From the NCBI GenBank assembly GCA_013239625.1, contig MU053810.1:5550071-5614070 (forward strand): a stretch of DNA of 64,000 bases, given 5' to 3'. Every line of letters begins with the position of its first letter. Within the stretch, counting starts at the first letter, position 1. The notes below the pieces were generated by a model, which worked only from the letters and a program-made list of their open reading frames with translations, made no database searches and was not told where the DNA came from. This DNA is from Lama guanicoe (lineage: Eukaryota). Below are positions 1 to 13,229 of the stretch, one piece after another. Made by a program: the position numbers and the translations under genes.

Positions 1-60
1 TCCTCCAAAAATAAATAAATAAGTAAACCTAATTACCTCCCCCAACCAGGAAAAAATAAA
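1..60 (+). mobile_element. 3' part of a Vic-1-like SINE, truncated by the window edge
   Basis: CCTCC-AAAAATAAATAAATAAGTAAACCTAATTACCTCCCC matches the tails of the copies at 1858-1990 and 62412-62553. Confidence 0.75.
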
Positions 61-779
61 AGAGTTGAGGAGGTTTTTGTTGTGTTCATTTAATGTTGTT
101 GAGACTGTTTTGTGGGTAAGTTTGATGTTGTTTTTGGACTAACAGAAATTAGAATAAATTGTAAAGTAATGTTAAGGATAGTATTGAGAAAAGAGGGTTT
201 GGGAGTAAGGATCCAGATTTATGGAACACAGCTTTTCCAAGAGCAATTTTTACTTTTTGTGAGGACCGTTAGGTACATAATACAAATCCTTATTGTGGAA
301 TCTCCGTGTATTTTTGGATCATAAAAAAAAACTCTTCCAAAAGTTTGGTTCTGGGGACATGGCCATGTGACCATTTGTTCATGAAAGCTGTGTGGACCCC
401 TTAAGGCTGTCGATCTGACGTTATGCCAGACTGACTGACTTTGTTGGAAAATCACTTTGCCTGGGAAATATAAAAATGACAGGTCCCACTTAGGATCCCA
501 TCGCTATGCAAACTCCCTGTTCTTTTATTCCTCGTATCTGAAATCAATCATACCGAACCTTCTGGTCTTCCAAATCGGTGGTCCTGTATAGACTAATTAC
601 TATTTGTGGATAGTACATTTTATTAGCTGCTTTTCCATTTTTTATTATGTGCCATAAGAAACAAATAAAATTTATTTAAGAAAATAAAGGGAGGCTATAA
701 AAAAAAAGGAATTACAGTCATATAACCCAGTGCTTGAGATTAAATAAGAACTCAGAACTTTGAGGTCTGCTTTCTGTTT

Positions 780-866
780 ACTTTTAATGGAGGTACTGGG
801 GATGGAACCCAGGACCCCGTGCATGCTAAGCATGTGTTCTACCGCTTAGCTGTATCCCCCCACCCC
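780..866 (-). mobile_element. Vic-1-like tRNA-derived SINE
   Basis: Antisense tRNA-Ala-like head. TSD-like CTGCTTTCT(G/A)TTT at 767-779 and 867-879. Confidence 0.85.
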
Positions 867-1857
867 CTGCTTTCTATTTCTTGATACAGATGCTTCTAGC
901 AAATGCATTATGTGCATGTTATTCTATTATAAAATGGATGTTACTAGAAATTGGCTAAAAGACTAACATGAAAATTGAGCACACTACACATAGGATGGAA
1001 CCCTGACTCCTTTCTGAAGTGAGAGACATGTCCTCCAGGGAAGGAATCCGTCACATGCCCTTGGTCACTTGACTCCGGAGACCTTTCGTCTTATTTCCAT
1101 GTCAGTGTCTGTCTCAAACTGTCAAGAATCACTATTCTTCTCATTTTTTTTAAACTCTCCAATCGCTGTAGATATATGCATCTGTTGTGATGAGTTTAAA
1201 GCCGATGGCATACAGTTATGACTCTGTTAGGGATTCGCCTCTTGTTGGTTGCACTTCATTTGATATGTATGTTTCATGGCAGCCTCTTGATTGCTGGTCT
1301 TTCAGACAATAGCAGTTTCTGAAAATATCCAAAATATCCAATTTTCTTTTCTATGCTCTAAACATATACCAGTGTCATCAGAAATACTATTTCCCTCCTG
1401 TTTTCTCCCCTTCTCTCTCCTTGTGAGGATACATCAGGGGGTTTACTAAACTTATTTCCAACACATGTGCAAGTTTTAATTTTTTCAATGTCACTCACAA
1501 TCGACAGGCAATCAATCAGGGTGTCTGATGGTTCAGATAAATTATCTACTTTTGCTCACAGCTCCTAAGATTCTTTCAGAAATTCACACCTGAGGACCAT
1601 TTTTTTCTTCTCCTAATAAATATTTTTTCCACTCAATAAGTGGACTTCTATAGCTAGGCTTGGAAACCTGAGAGATTCCACCAGATGGCTCTAGTAAATA
1701 TGGATGGTGTGATGCTTTATATAGTGAGCCATAAAGCATTAAAAATATGTACTTGTATGAAGCCTGCCATTATTGTTTTTTAACATTAAAATGTGGACAC
1801 TTTAAAAATAACTGTAGTTCTAACTTAGAGGGTACTCATACATTTTAGCAGTTTACT

Positions 1858-1990
1858 TCTTTTTATTTTTTAGTGGGGGAGGTAATTAGGTTTGTTTGTT
1901 TTATTTATTTTTGGAGGAGGTACTGGTGATCAAACCCCGGACTTTGTGTATGCTAAGCATGTGCTCTGCCACCTGAGCTAGTCCCTCCTA
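1858..1990 (-). mobile_element. Vic-1-like SINE, long-tail form
   Basis: Antisense head GAGGTACTGG...ATGCTAAGCATGTGCTCT...TGAGCTA plus the GGGGAGGTAATTAGGTTT tail. Confidence 0.85.
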
Positions 1991-2139
1991 CTGAGGGTCC
2001 TCACACATTTAAAAGGGAGCGAATCATGATTCCTTATCTCTAAACTTTTCCCTGCTTTCCTGCTTTGCATTTCTGTTCCAGATGACTTTATTCTCTCATG
2101 CACCAAAATTTGAAGCAATGTTGACAGTGTTTTTATAAC

Positions 2140-2330
2140 AAGGAAAATACGGACTTCAGAGGCAGATTCTGAGTTTAAATTCTGGTTCTTCAACTAGCTA
2201 CGAGAACTTGGACAAGTTACTAACCTCTGAGGCTTAGTTTATTCATCTGTAAAATGAGGATAATATAACTTTTCCTATAGGAGTATTTTTTTAATGTGTA
2301 TGAAGTGCTAATCATAGTGCTAGTACTCAC
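2140..2330 (+). mobile_element. MIR SINE
   Basis: MIR core TTGGACAAGTTACTAACCTCTGAGGCTTAGTTTATTCATCTGTAAAATGAGGATAATA. Confidence 0.8.
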
Positions 2331-2342
2331 AAATAATGTGTG

Positions 2343-2742
2343 TTTTTTTAATTCTTTATTGAAGTGTAGTTGATTTACAATGTTAGTTTCAGGTGTACAG
2401 CAAAGTGATTCTGTTATACATATACATATATATGTTTTCTTTTCAGATTCTTTTCCATTATATGTTATTACAAGAAATTGAATATAGTGCCCTGTGCTCT
2501 ACAGTAGGTCCTTGTTGTTTATCTATTTTATGTGTAGTAACATTTGTCTGTTAATCCCCAACCCCTAATTTATCCCTGCCCGCCCTTTCCCCTTTGGTAA
2601 CTATAGTTTGTTTTCTTTGTCCATGAATCTGTTTTTGGCTTATAAATAGAATTTATATCTTTTTTTTTAGATTACACCTAAAAGTGATATCATATGATAT
2701 TTGTCTTTCTCTTTCTGACTTCACTTACTATGATAATCTCAA
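2343..2742 (-). mobile_element. 5'-truncated L1 (3'UTR and ORF2 end)
   Basis: Antisense L1 3' end TTGAAGTGTAGTTGATTTACAATGTT...TCTGACTTCACTTACTATGATAATCTC, homologous to other L1 tails in the window. Confidence 0.85.
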
Positions 2743-3010
2743 GTAATCTGTTAAATTCCAATCCACTTCCTTTGTCCTTTCCTTTCCAATCCCACTGCTG
2801 TTACACTTACTCAGACATTTCTTGTATCTACCAGACTCGGTAGCAGCCTCCAGATTGAGTGCTAACTTCCAAACTTGCCTGCTCCAATCCTTCCAAACAC
2901 TTCCCCTATTCAGTAAGTTTCCCTTAAGCCCAGATTTTCATCAGTTCCCTGGTAGAGCAAATCCTTTACAGATTCCTCCCTGTCCATAGATTAAGGTAAA
3001 TTAAACATTT

Positions 3011-3070
3011 CAGGACCTCATGCATGCTAAGCATACCTGAGCTACCACTGAGCTATACCTGCCCCCCCCC
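3011..3070 (-). mobile_element. Truncated Vic-1-like SINE
   Basis: CAGGACCTCATGCATGCTAAGCAT...CCACTGAGCTATACC is the antisense 5' half of the SINE. Confidence 0.75.
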
Positions 3071-4734
3071 CATAATTGGTTCTTCTTGAGCTAATGTCTG
3101 AGAGTGAGGGAGAGGCTCTTCTCCGTTTGGGGTGCACTATCATTGCAGGCAGGGGTGCACCCTGGGCTACAAACATTTCTTTCCCCTTGGGGCTAGCATC
3201 TCTTCTTGCGTATTCCTAAGTCTAAAGATTGTGACTGAAGGCCAATGGATATGGGTAAGGAAGGGTAAGGAAAATCAAATAATTATCCGCAAGTCACTAA
3301 CTAGTTTGCTGAAATCTTACCTTTTTCTATCTGAGTGAAGGTTAAAAAAGAGAGTGTGTATGCTCAAGCAGGTGCATGAAGAATATTACTGAAAAATTGA
3401 AACTTGAGAACACTATATCCAGGCTAAACAAGAAATGTGATGTTTCAGGGAGAAGGTATTAATCTATAGCATAGTTCACCTTAGGTGCCACATCTGAGGT
3501 TTTTTAGGGCCCAGGAATAAGAGGGCCAGTTGTGAATTGTTTCCTAAAATCAAGAGGTGATATAATTTGTGATGGATTACAAAATCCCAATCTGTTTAAA
3601 GAGATATGAGTCTGTGCCCAGTTGGGAGATTTTGTTCTGACAACCTTGGCCTTCATGCCAGCTGGCTGTGGGCGACAGTCTTTGTGAGCAGTAGCTGCCT
3701 TGGTCAGCAAGCCTTTCAGGGCAAACATGCCAAACTCCTGCAATCCCACTGCTTTGTGTGAATGGCAAGTGTGGCGGCCCTCCTTATGTAAGGGTGGAAG
3801 GTAAGCAGAGGTGTTAAGGATGGGGTGGTTGCTTCTTCACCGAGACAACTACAGTGTGGGATGGGGATGGGGGACCTTTGAGCAATTAGATGGAGTCAAG
3901 TTCAGGGATGCTACCTTTGGAGAAAAGGTGGTGAGACAGTTTTGTGAGCAATTTCAAATTAGGTTACTAAATAAATATTAACTCTGTTTCAATGATTCAT
4001 TCAAACTGGGGTGACCAGTAGTCCCGTCTTTGGCCCATTGCCCCACAATTATTAACAGTATCTTCTTTCATCCTCAAAAAGTGTTGTGGTTTGGACAATG
4101 AATGACATGGCCACTCTCATTGTTACAACAGAGAATGAATGAATGAGTCAAGTGAGGGAGTGAGGAAAAGGAGGACCAGGGAGACACAAGCTGTCCCCAG
4201 AAAAGGCTCAGCTGCTTATACTCTGAAGTTCAGTGGCAGAGGGAAGTGTGGACATGCCAGTGGACTCCCCTGGTGTTAGACAGGAAGACATCAGCACTGT
4301 GTCTTTGGGCACGTGAATTCATCTCTTCAAGGATCATTTTCTTTACCTGCAAAATGAGGTTTATTATTCTTACCTCGTGTGGTTGTGAGGATTCATCATA
4401 ATGCAAGGAATGTATATGGTGGGGACAAGCGATGTGCTAGGAAAGAACAATTAGGCAGCAGTCTTGCCTGCCATGCTACATGAAATTACCTCTGGTGCCA
4501 ATCTGGACTTCTTAGCCTGACCTTGAAGAATGTCAAGGCTAGTCCAGTCTCCATGTAAGTTTCTAGCCCAGTTCCCTGCCATTTACATAGATAGAACCTC
4601 TAAATTTTTTAGTACATGTGATGAGTTCACACCCCTGTGCCTCTGTCCTGCTGTGTTGACTCTCACACTCCTGAAATTTTATTGCTGCTACTTCTGAGCC
4701 AAGTTCAAATCTAAGTCTTGTCACACATGCAGCC

Positions 4735-5245
4735 TCATGTTCATAACAACACCGTTTACAACAGCCAAGACATGGAAAAAGCCCAAATGTCCATCGACAG
4801 TTGAATGGATAAAGAAGATGTGATATGTACACACACGCACTGGAATATTACTCAGCCATTAAAAAGAATGAAATAATGCCATTTGCAGCAATATACATGG
4901 ACCTAGAGATTATCATACTAAGTGAAGTAAATCAGAGAAAGACAAGTATCATATGACATCACTTATATGTGGAATCAAAAAAAAAAAGATACAAATTTTA
5001 CTTACAAGCCAGCAATAGACTCACAGACATAGAAAATAAACCATGGTTACCAAAGGGGAAAGAGGAGGAGGGGTAAATTAAGAGTTTGGGATTAACAGAT
5101 AAACAGTACTATATATAAAATAGGTAAACAGCAAGGACCTACTATATTCAATTTCTTGTTATAAACTATAATGGAGAATCACTTTGCTAAACACCTGAAA
5201 CTAACAATGTAAGTCAACTACACTTCAATAAAAAAAAAATTTTTT
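4735..5245 (+). mobile_element. 5'-truncated L1
   Basis: ATGTTCATA...CCAAGACATGGAA...AATGCCATTTGCAGCAA (ORF2 C-terminus), 3'UTR and A tail. Confidence 0.88.
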
Positions 5246-6354
5246 TAAACTGTCTTGTCAGCAAAGGTCATGTGATATAAAAGAGATCATTAGAATTACC
5301 CTCACTGCATATACGTGTAACCCTTTTGTAAAGTAGGATTGCATTTGTGTCATTGAAACTGACAAAACATACTGTCATAAATTTCAAAATTCTAGGTGTT
5401 TATTAGGTCTTTGATCATTAACACGTTTGAAATGTAATCAAAGTCTGTATTAGTTTTTATCATAAGCAGCAATGCGATGACTTCTGGAAAAAAAAAATGA
5501 ACAAGCTGTTCAGAATACTCTGGGGAGGAAGGAAAGATGGGATTTCTCCTAAGTATTAAGGCTAATCCAAGAAAATGAGACCATCAGTGACGAAAGGGCA
5601 CTGTTTCACTTTGCACTCCACCAAAAAAAATGAAGTGAGGTGGAGACTCTCATAATGCAGAGGAAGTCCCCACTCTTCCCTGAAAGGAGGCTCACATACT
5701 CAGGAGTGTGAACATCAGTATTCGCCTCACCAGGGAAGTTTGGTATTTTTATCTTGGCCCAGTTTGCTAGTTCCTAGCTCTTAAATTTATGGTTTAAATT
5801 AAAGTAATGTCTTAAATTTATTAACATCCCAAGTCTAATCAGGAGAGTGCAATGAGCTGACTTAGCTCTGCTTATGTGAAGGAAGGCACCCAAAGGTGGG
5901 TGACAGGGTTTGTCCATCTACCCCACTGGTTAAATAAGTCCCCACGGTGAATTTACCACAGCCTTCCCCTAGCACCCAGGGAGGGGATGAATATCTCATC
6001 TTTCCTGGGGCCAAGAAAAATCACCCAAGTGACTCATTCTCTTTAAATGAGCCTAGTATCAAGAAAGGCTGGGAGTAAAAATGGTACCAACCTCTCAAAG
6101 CAGAAGGAAGAAATAGCATGGTTGTAGATTTCGCAGAATTCCCAGCATCACGCATCCCAGCTGGACACAGGAGAAATCAAGATGGAATCACTTATCTGAG
6201 AGTAAAGTGTTGAACAGACTCTGAGATATTGTCACAGTGCTCCCCGGAACCATCATAACAGTGGTCTGAGTCATTTGCTAGGACTTCTGTTAACTGCGCT
6301 GATCTTCTTAGCTTCTTGCGGATGTGAACAGCAGCCACTGTGATGAAAGCACAT

Positions 6355-6568
6355 TTCTTTTTTAAATTGAAGTATAGTCGATTACAATGTTGTGTTAATT
6401 TCTGGTATACATACAGCATAGCAATTCGGTTATACATATATATATTCCTTTTCATATTCTTTTTCATTATGGGTTATTACAGGATATTGAATGTAGTTCC
6501 CTGTGTTATACAGTAGATCCTTGGTATTTATCTATTTTCTATATGGTAGTTTGTATCTGCCAATCCCA
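6355..6568 (-). mobile_element. Short L1 3' end
   Basis: Antisense L1 3'UTR. An AAGCAC.T.T.TTT-like repeat lies on both flanks. Confidence 0.82.
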
Positions 6569-7641
6569 AGCACGTATTTTTAAATGTGAGTGACAGTCAG
6601 GTGTGGGGTGTAGACTTTTCTAGACTCACAGGTGGATTGAAAGCTTGTACAAACTGACACAGTCTGCTCTTCATAAGCTGTCTTATAGGTCCATACCTGT
6701 AAACAGGTGTCCTTTCAACTCTGACACTTTCTGGGGTCTCCCTGAGGTCCTGAGAGCCAAGGCAGAACTCACAGTGGTGGAAGTCGAGGTACCACCTTGG
6801 TGGCCACTCATGTCACCTCCAGAGATAAAGGAATAGAGAGAGTTTATTTTTGTTTTTGTTTTCTCCTAATGGCTGTGCAGGGTGGGACAGATGGAAAAAG
6901 CAGGGGTGTGAGAAATGTTTGAGAGAAGGAGGAAAAAAATAAAGAAGTCACCCATCTCAGTGCCACGTGTCTCATGACACACTTGCTTGTCTCTGTCAGC
7001 TTTAGAAGCTGTTGACAGTTCACATGAGTGTCTTCATTTTCTGCTACTTTCTCAATAATCTTAGAAAAATACTCTGTCAGAGTATTGCCTCTTGAGACAG
7101 GCTGTCCATTTGGGTCTGCATCCCAACTTTGCCCTTAACCATTTGGGGCACCAGTTATTCATCTCCAGTTAAGGGAAGTGAACTGAAGACAGTTTTGTAG
7201 TCCAGTCAGTTGGGCAGTGGCATCTGTCCTATTCACCTCGAATGGTGAAAAGCCAAATGATCTCTGTGAGAGAGTCTTAACTCTTTAAAACACTCTAAGC
7301 GCATTCTTATTTTATTAAAATTAATTTGAAATGTTTTCGCTTTGGAGAAGAACCACCAGTGTTTTTAAACACGGAACTGCAAGTCATGGTGACTGTGGAA
7401 AGCATATTTCTGAACAGACAATAGGCAAGTGTATTCCCTCCAATGAGGACATGAACTCCATTCACCATCCAGAAAGTGGATGTCACAAAAGCTAATACAT
7501 GTGTGTGTTTCAAGTCCTGAGTTGAAGATTGCTTGTTTCCCCAGATTTCCAGGTGAAGGATAAGCCTGTGCTCGTTTTCACTACATTTTTTTTTCATGTA
7601 ACCTAAACCTGTTAATATCTATATTCAGCCAAGCTGCCATG

Positions 7642-7654
7642 GTTGCCTGGCAAC
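7642..7654. promoter_or_regulatory. Candidate RFX X-box
   Basis: Palindromic GTTGCC-T-GGCAAC in non-repeat sequence. This is a motif match only. Confidence 0.4.
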
Positions 7655-9345
7655 CAGGCTTAGTGGGCTAACAAGGCACTAGAGGAAGAAATCAAATGCA
7701 GCTAACGAAACCTTGATTTATGCTTCGGTTGGATGGAAAAATTCATTCTCCACTTGTTCTGCATGGATTTTTGTTTTCAAAACATGAGTAAATCTTTCAA
7801 GATGTAAGCCCAATGCTATTAGGAGTTTTGAAATTACGGTATATTAGGTAACATTTCAATGTAGTCGAAAAAGTACAAAGGAAAAAATATCTCTCTGCTC
7901 TTCCTTAATGAAAACAGGGGTAGTTCTCTTCCTTGTAGGTCATGTTGTACTTTTCACTCTGACTTTTTATTTCCCCTGCAGCAAAATATATACGTTATTC
8001 TTGGAATAAAATGTAATGGAAATTGAAGCGTCAACATCAGGAAATAGATGTTTAGGATTAATTACTGCCAAACGTTTATTTCTGAAGCTTATACAAGGGA
8101 GTAAATTGGAGAATGAACTAAAATGACTTTTCTTATGCAGATTTTTCTACCTTTCCACTTTATATACTTTCTTTTCTTATATTCTTCCCCATGGCAACTT
8201 TATTGTCTCTAAAACTAAGACTAAGGAAAACCTTTGGATTATATATCATCTACTTCATGGACTATATAGACTATGTGATTGGAAAAGAATTTTGAATTTA
8301 AACCTTATATGAGCTATTGTTTTATTATCTGACTTGTTTCATAGTGCAGATGTTATTAAGTAAATTTGATATTCTGGGGAAAAGTAAACTAAAGGACTCT
8401 GAATCAAATCCTTCTTGGAATAAGATTGGAGAATAAGATAATGCAAATAACTGGGACTATTGAAGTGAAGAATGTGAAAATGTCTGACAAAGATGAGAAC
8501 AGAACACTGATAGAATGAACTTATAATATCAGTGGGAATCAGCATAAATCCTCAAAATCTACAGTGAACATCTTTCGGTTCCCACATGATGGAGGAAGCC
8601 AGTCTTTCATTATTACTTAGCTGTTCAACAGTCCTCACATCTACTTGACATTCTTCTTTCTTTGATCCTTACTTCATCATTGGTATGAATTATGGTTCAT
8701 CAAGATCAAACTGAAACTCCAGATTTTATGTAAAATCTCCTAATCTGTTGGTGTTGACATCAGTAAAAACTAACAACCCCAACACGTGAAGCCAGAATAT
8801 GCTCTTGTTTGCCATTCACAACCCCCGATAAAAGTCAGGGAGGGAAGCGGGTTGACGGGGGAATCCTGAGGAACTCTCACATGTAAAGAGGCTGGAGCTA
8901 TTAAGGGGATGGGACAAAAAACAGCATCCTGCTTGACACCATGGTAACTAGGGATGGAGAGTTTTCAGGAGAAAGAGAAGGGGCACCCACGGGGACAGAA
9001 ATGGCTTTTGTGAAAGGGCCTTCGTGATCATTGGTGGTCTTAGAAGAGGAATTTCAAGGGCTTGGTGACAGTCCAGCACAAATGCAATGAGTTACAAAGA
9101 AGGTGTGGAGGATGAAGGGTGGACATAAGCCAAATGTAGGCTACATTTTCCAGAAGGAGGAAGTAAATTGAAGGAAGATGTGGGCATATTTGTAGACAGA
9201 GAATAAATTTCTGAAGCAAATAGGAGAAGTTAAGACCAAATACAGTGGTCTAGGGTTACCCTTTGAAAGAAGTAAGTTTGAAGGGCAGCTGAACACACAG
9301 ATGAGTATGTGAAGTTTGTGTGTGTGTGTGGTTAGTGCCATGAAT

Positions 9346-9724
9346 TTTTTTTTAATTGAAGTATAGTCAGTTCCAATGTGTCAATTTCTGTCAATTTCTA
9401 TATGTTTCAGTCATGCATATATACATACTTACATTCATTTTCATATTCTTTTTCATTATAGGTTACCACAAGATATTGAATTTAGTTCCCTGTATTATAC
9501 AGAAGAAATTTGTTATTGCAATCTATTTTATATATAGTATTTAATATTTGCAAATCTCAAACTTCCAATTTATCCCTTCCCACCCCCTTTCCCTCCAGTA
9601 ACCATAAGTTTGTTTACTGTGTCTGTGAATCTGTTTTGTAGATGAGTTCATTAGTGTCTTCTTTTTTATTTTCTTTTTTGGATTCCAAATATGAGTGCTA
9701 TCAAATGGTATTTTTCTTTCTCTT
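9346..9724 (-). mobile_element. L1 3' fragment inserted in older L2-like sequence
   Basis: Antisense L1 3'UTR with CCATGAATTTT repeated on both flanks (~9338 and ~9732). Confidence 0.85.
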
Positions 9725-10264
9725 GCTAATACCATGAATTTTGAGTTGACATTTTAATTGATGTGTCTTATTTGGAGTAGAGATGAGGTCCTTGGATAAC
9801 AAGGAGAGGAGGGTGAGATGGGAAGAAAAATGTGAAACAAACATCTGTTATGAAGTAATTGCATGCATTATGGAGCATCATGGCAAAACTGGATGAGGTG
9901 ATATGTTTGAAAATATCCAGCAATTCATAGTGACCCTGGAGAAAATGACTGAAACTTTCTTTAACACTACTAGGTAGAAGCTGAAAGATAGGTAAGGAGT
10001 AAGGGGTTCTGGGTGACTAAAGACTGTATTGCTGAGATGTTGGACCTTGGAAAGTCAGGGGGAGAAACAAGTGATTCCAGGAGGAGGCTAGTAGACCGAA
10101 GATACTGCAGAGATATTAAAGGACTCAACGTCATGGGAAAACTAAGTGTAAGTTTATGGTAAGAGAAGAGCAGACAAGGTGAAAATAAAAATGGTCATCA
10201 TCAGACAGAGTTTCAGGCTTTGAGGTCCCTTAGTTAAAACAATTTGGAATAAGATCAAGAAGAA

Positions 10265-10715
10265 GTATTTACTCAGTCTTCAAAAAAGAATGAAATTCTG
10301 CAAATTCCTTTGCAGCTCTGTGGATGGACCTAGAGAATACTATGCTTTGTGAAATTAGTCAGAGAGTGATAGACAAGGACTGTATCATTGCACTTGTGTG
10401 TGTGTGGAGTCTAAAGAATAAAACAAATGCATGTACTTAACTAAACAGAAAGATTCACTGATACACGAAACAAACTTGTGGTTACCAATGGAGGGAAGAG
10501 AGGGTGGGGGCAAGATTGGGGTACAGGATTAAGAGGTGCAAACTACTATGTGTAAAGTAGATAAGCAACAAGGATATATTGTGTTACACAGGGAAATAGA
10601 GCCATTATCCTGTGATACTTTTAATGGAGTAAAATCTATAAAAACACTGAATCACTATGCTGTACACCTGAGGCTAATATATTGTAAATCAACTCAACTT
10701 CTGTGTTTAAAAGAA
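10265..10715 (+). mobile_element. L1 3' fragment
   Basis: GGATGGACCTAGAGAATACTATGCT...CTTGTGGTTACC...ATTGTAAATCAACT. Confidence 0.82.
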
Positions 10716-12703
10716 AAGGAAGAGGTAAGAGTTATGCAAGTGGGTTCCAGGTGAGAAAGTGAGTCTTTTTAACGGAGGAGAGCCAGGGACCTAAGGGTAA
10801 GGACAGAGTTTTGCACATGACCTCCTCCAAATGACTGATTTGATGGTTACACAAGCTTTGTAGTGTCTGGTAAGGGTATGGATGGCTGAGAACATAGTGG
10901 AGAGAAGAAGCTGAGCCAGGTTAAAAAAAAAGTGTTTGGAAAACTGGAGGAATGCCTCAAAATTCAGTAAATGGACACTGGGCTTTTACTTCATGGCGCT
11001 TGTCATAATTTGCAGTGATGTACCAACTGTTTGTTTTTGATAATCCTTCTTCTCTACTAAATTGAAGATTTAGATGATATTTTATCTATTTTGTTCACCA
11101 CTGAATAGAATACCTGGTTCTCAGCAGTGACGGCTCACAGCAGACATGGCCAATGAGTACACGTTTACACAAATTAAAAGGCAGCAATAGGGGTGGGAAG
11201 AGGGGGTCACATAATTTGATGGACTTAAAAAGATGGGACTATAAAGACTATAAAGAATGGGAAATGTTGTAGAAGTGGCAACCGAGAGCTTTCTCCTTTA
11301 TAAAATCATAAAAGAGAAAAAAAATCCAAATCAGTGCTAATAAAAGAAATGTGATGAATTTACATGATACACAAAAATTTGAGATTTTCACCCTTCTTGA
11401 AAGATCATTATGAAATGGGAACTGTATGTTTAAATTGTTCTTTTGTAAAAGCAGTCACAGGGATTCCTTGGGTGACCGAACAGTTTTGCCACAAGGTCAC
11501 TTTCGACAGTTCATGGGATCTGGCTGTTGGGGTCATAATGAAGAGTGAGTTAGAAATACATCAGCCTGCCAAAAACTACCCTCCGTGTGCCAAGTGTGGG
11601 ATCCAGCAAAGCTACGGAAGGCATGCGGTATGCTTGACACTTTTGGCTTCTGGCAAAATGAGTCAAGGGTATGACTTGACAACTTTTTGGGGTGAACAAG
11701 TTGTCCCTTTTGTATGAAATGTCACCAGCTCACTGATGTGTTTTTGCTGATGTCAGCCACAAAATGAGGTGCTTTCAAAAATGTCATTTTAAAACAAGAG
11801 GAATATTTAAACATGAACTTAGTCTGATTCTCATTTTGGTTTGGAAGCATCACAGAATTGCCTTTCTTCTTCCTTTTTTTTTTTTTTTAAGTTTATGCCC
11901 TGTGAGCAATACAACTGTATCTCTCTTCCTTCATCATTGCCACTTTTTTCCCTAAAACTAGCACTTCATGACTGAAGTCAAGTAAAACTTGTCTGCTATG
12001 GTCCTCAAATTTTACAGTTTTGAATGATAACTTGCTGGACTAAGCAGATTGTCTTATGCTTTGTATGTGTAAAAGGGAGAAATGAGAGACAGTCCTGGTT
12101 TTTCTAAAAAGAGGGAAAAGTAGAAGCATCTTCAGAAATAGAGAGATAGGTAGAGTCAAAACATCTCCAGCAGTTACATTAATACCAGGCTGCCAAGAAT
12201 TTTTAATATTGAAAATGGAACTTGATGAGCAAGGAAGAGTTCCCCTAGAATGGGAAGAAAGAGCCTCTGTGTCAGAGCCACATGGGGATGTCATCACCCA
12301 TCCCAAGCCTTGAACGTGTAGACCCTTAGAAAGCCACTGATTATATTTGACCCAGGAATTTCTATTTGTTTCAGAATGGATGTCCTCGTAAACAGCCCAC
12401 TGAGAATGAGACAGGCATCCGTTTTTAAACATGCCTGTACTAGGTGACTTATTGATTAGACTATTAGAATTGAGATAGAAAAGTAATCTAGAATGAACAC
12501 GCAATTTTGCCAGTTTGAAATAAATAAAACAGAAAGGTATCTCTGAGACCAATTGTTATATAAGGAAGTGTTATGAGAATATTTATTTTGTCCATCCAGC
12601 TAATAAGTATTGAGTCCCTTCCATGGGTCCTGGGGAATCGGTGACAACGTCTTGTCTCTCAAGGAGCTTACATTCTTTTGGGGATGGTGGCGGGGTCTGG
12701 GAA

Positions 12704-12705
<2 letters not shown>

Positions 12706-12764
<59 letters not shown>
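12706..12764. repeat. (CA)n microsatellite, ~29 units
   Basis: Uninterrupted CA run read directly. Confidence 0.98.
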
Positions 12765-12767
<3 letters not shown>

Positions 12768-13229
12768 TGTTCCAGGAGGCTAGAATTTGTAGTGAGATTC
12801 TGATAACATTCCAAATTGATGGCAGTGTGACTAATTCCAAGCCTGTCTGAAGGTACTCAGTTATAAGTTTCTAACATTTGTTTTAATTTCAAGTAGTTTA
12901 CTCTGAACCTTGAGTAGTACAGCTTTTTCTTTTGTAGTTTCAGAAATGTTTTAAAGCTCAGTCTTGGAAATTCTAGAATTTTCCAATTGTGGTTGGATTT
13001 TGTAGTTCCTAAATGACATTTTTTATTCTCTCTAAGATGAAGATGACTTTGATGGTAATGATTAGGTTTAGTCTGTTTGTAAGCCAAGAAAAACATGCAA
13101 TAGAAAAAAATTTTTTCAATTTTTTAAGTTAGATATATAAACTATGTAAGTTGTTTATTCAGGAATCCCTTTCTGAAAGTTTTTGTCTCTCAACTTTTTC
13201 TGTTCTTGTGCTGTATATTTTTTTCTTGT

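Noticed and set aside
12040..12552. 170-aa minus-strand ORF
   Set aside because: Non-ATG start, no recognisable domain, and composition typical of non-coding DNA.
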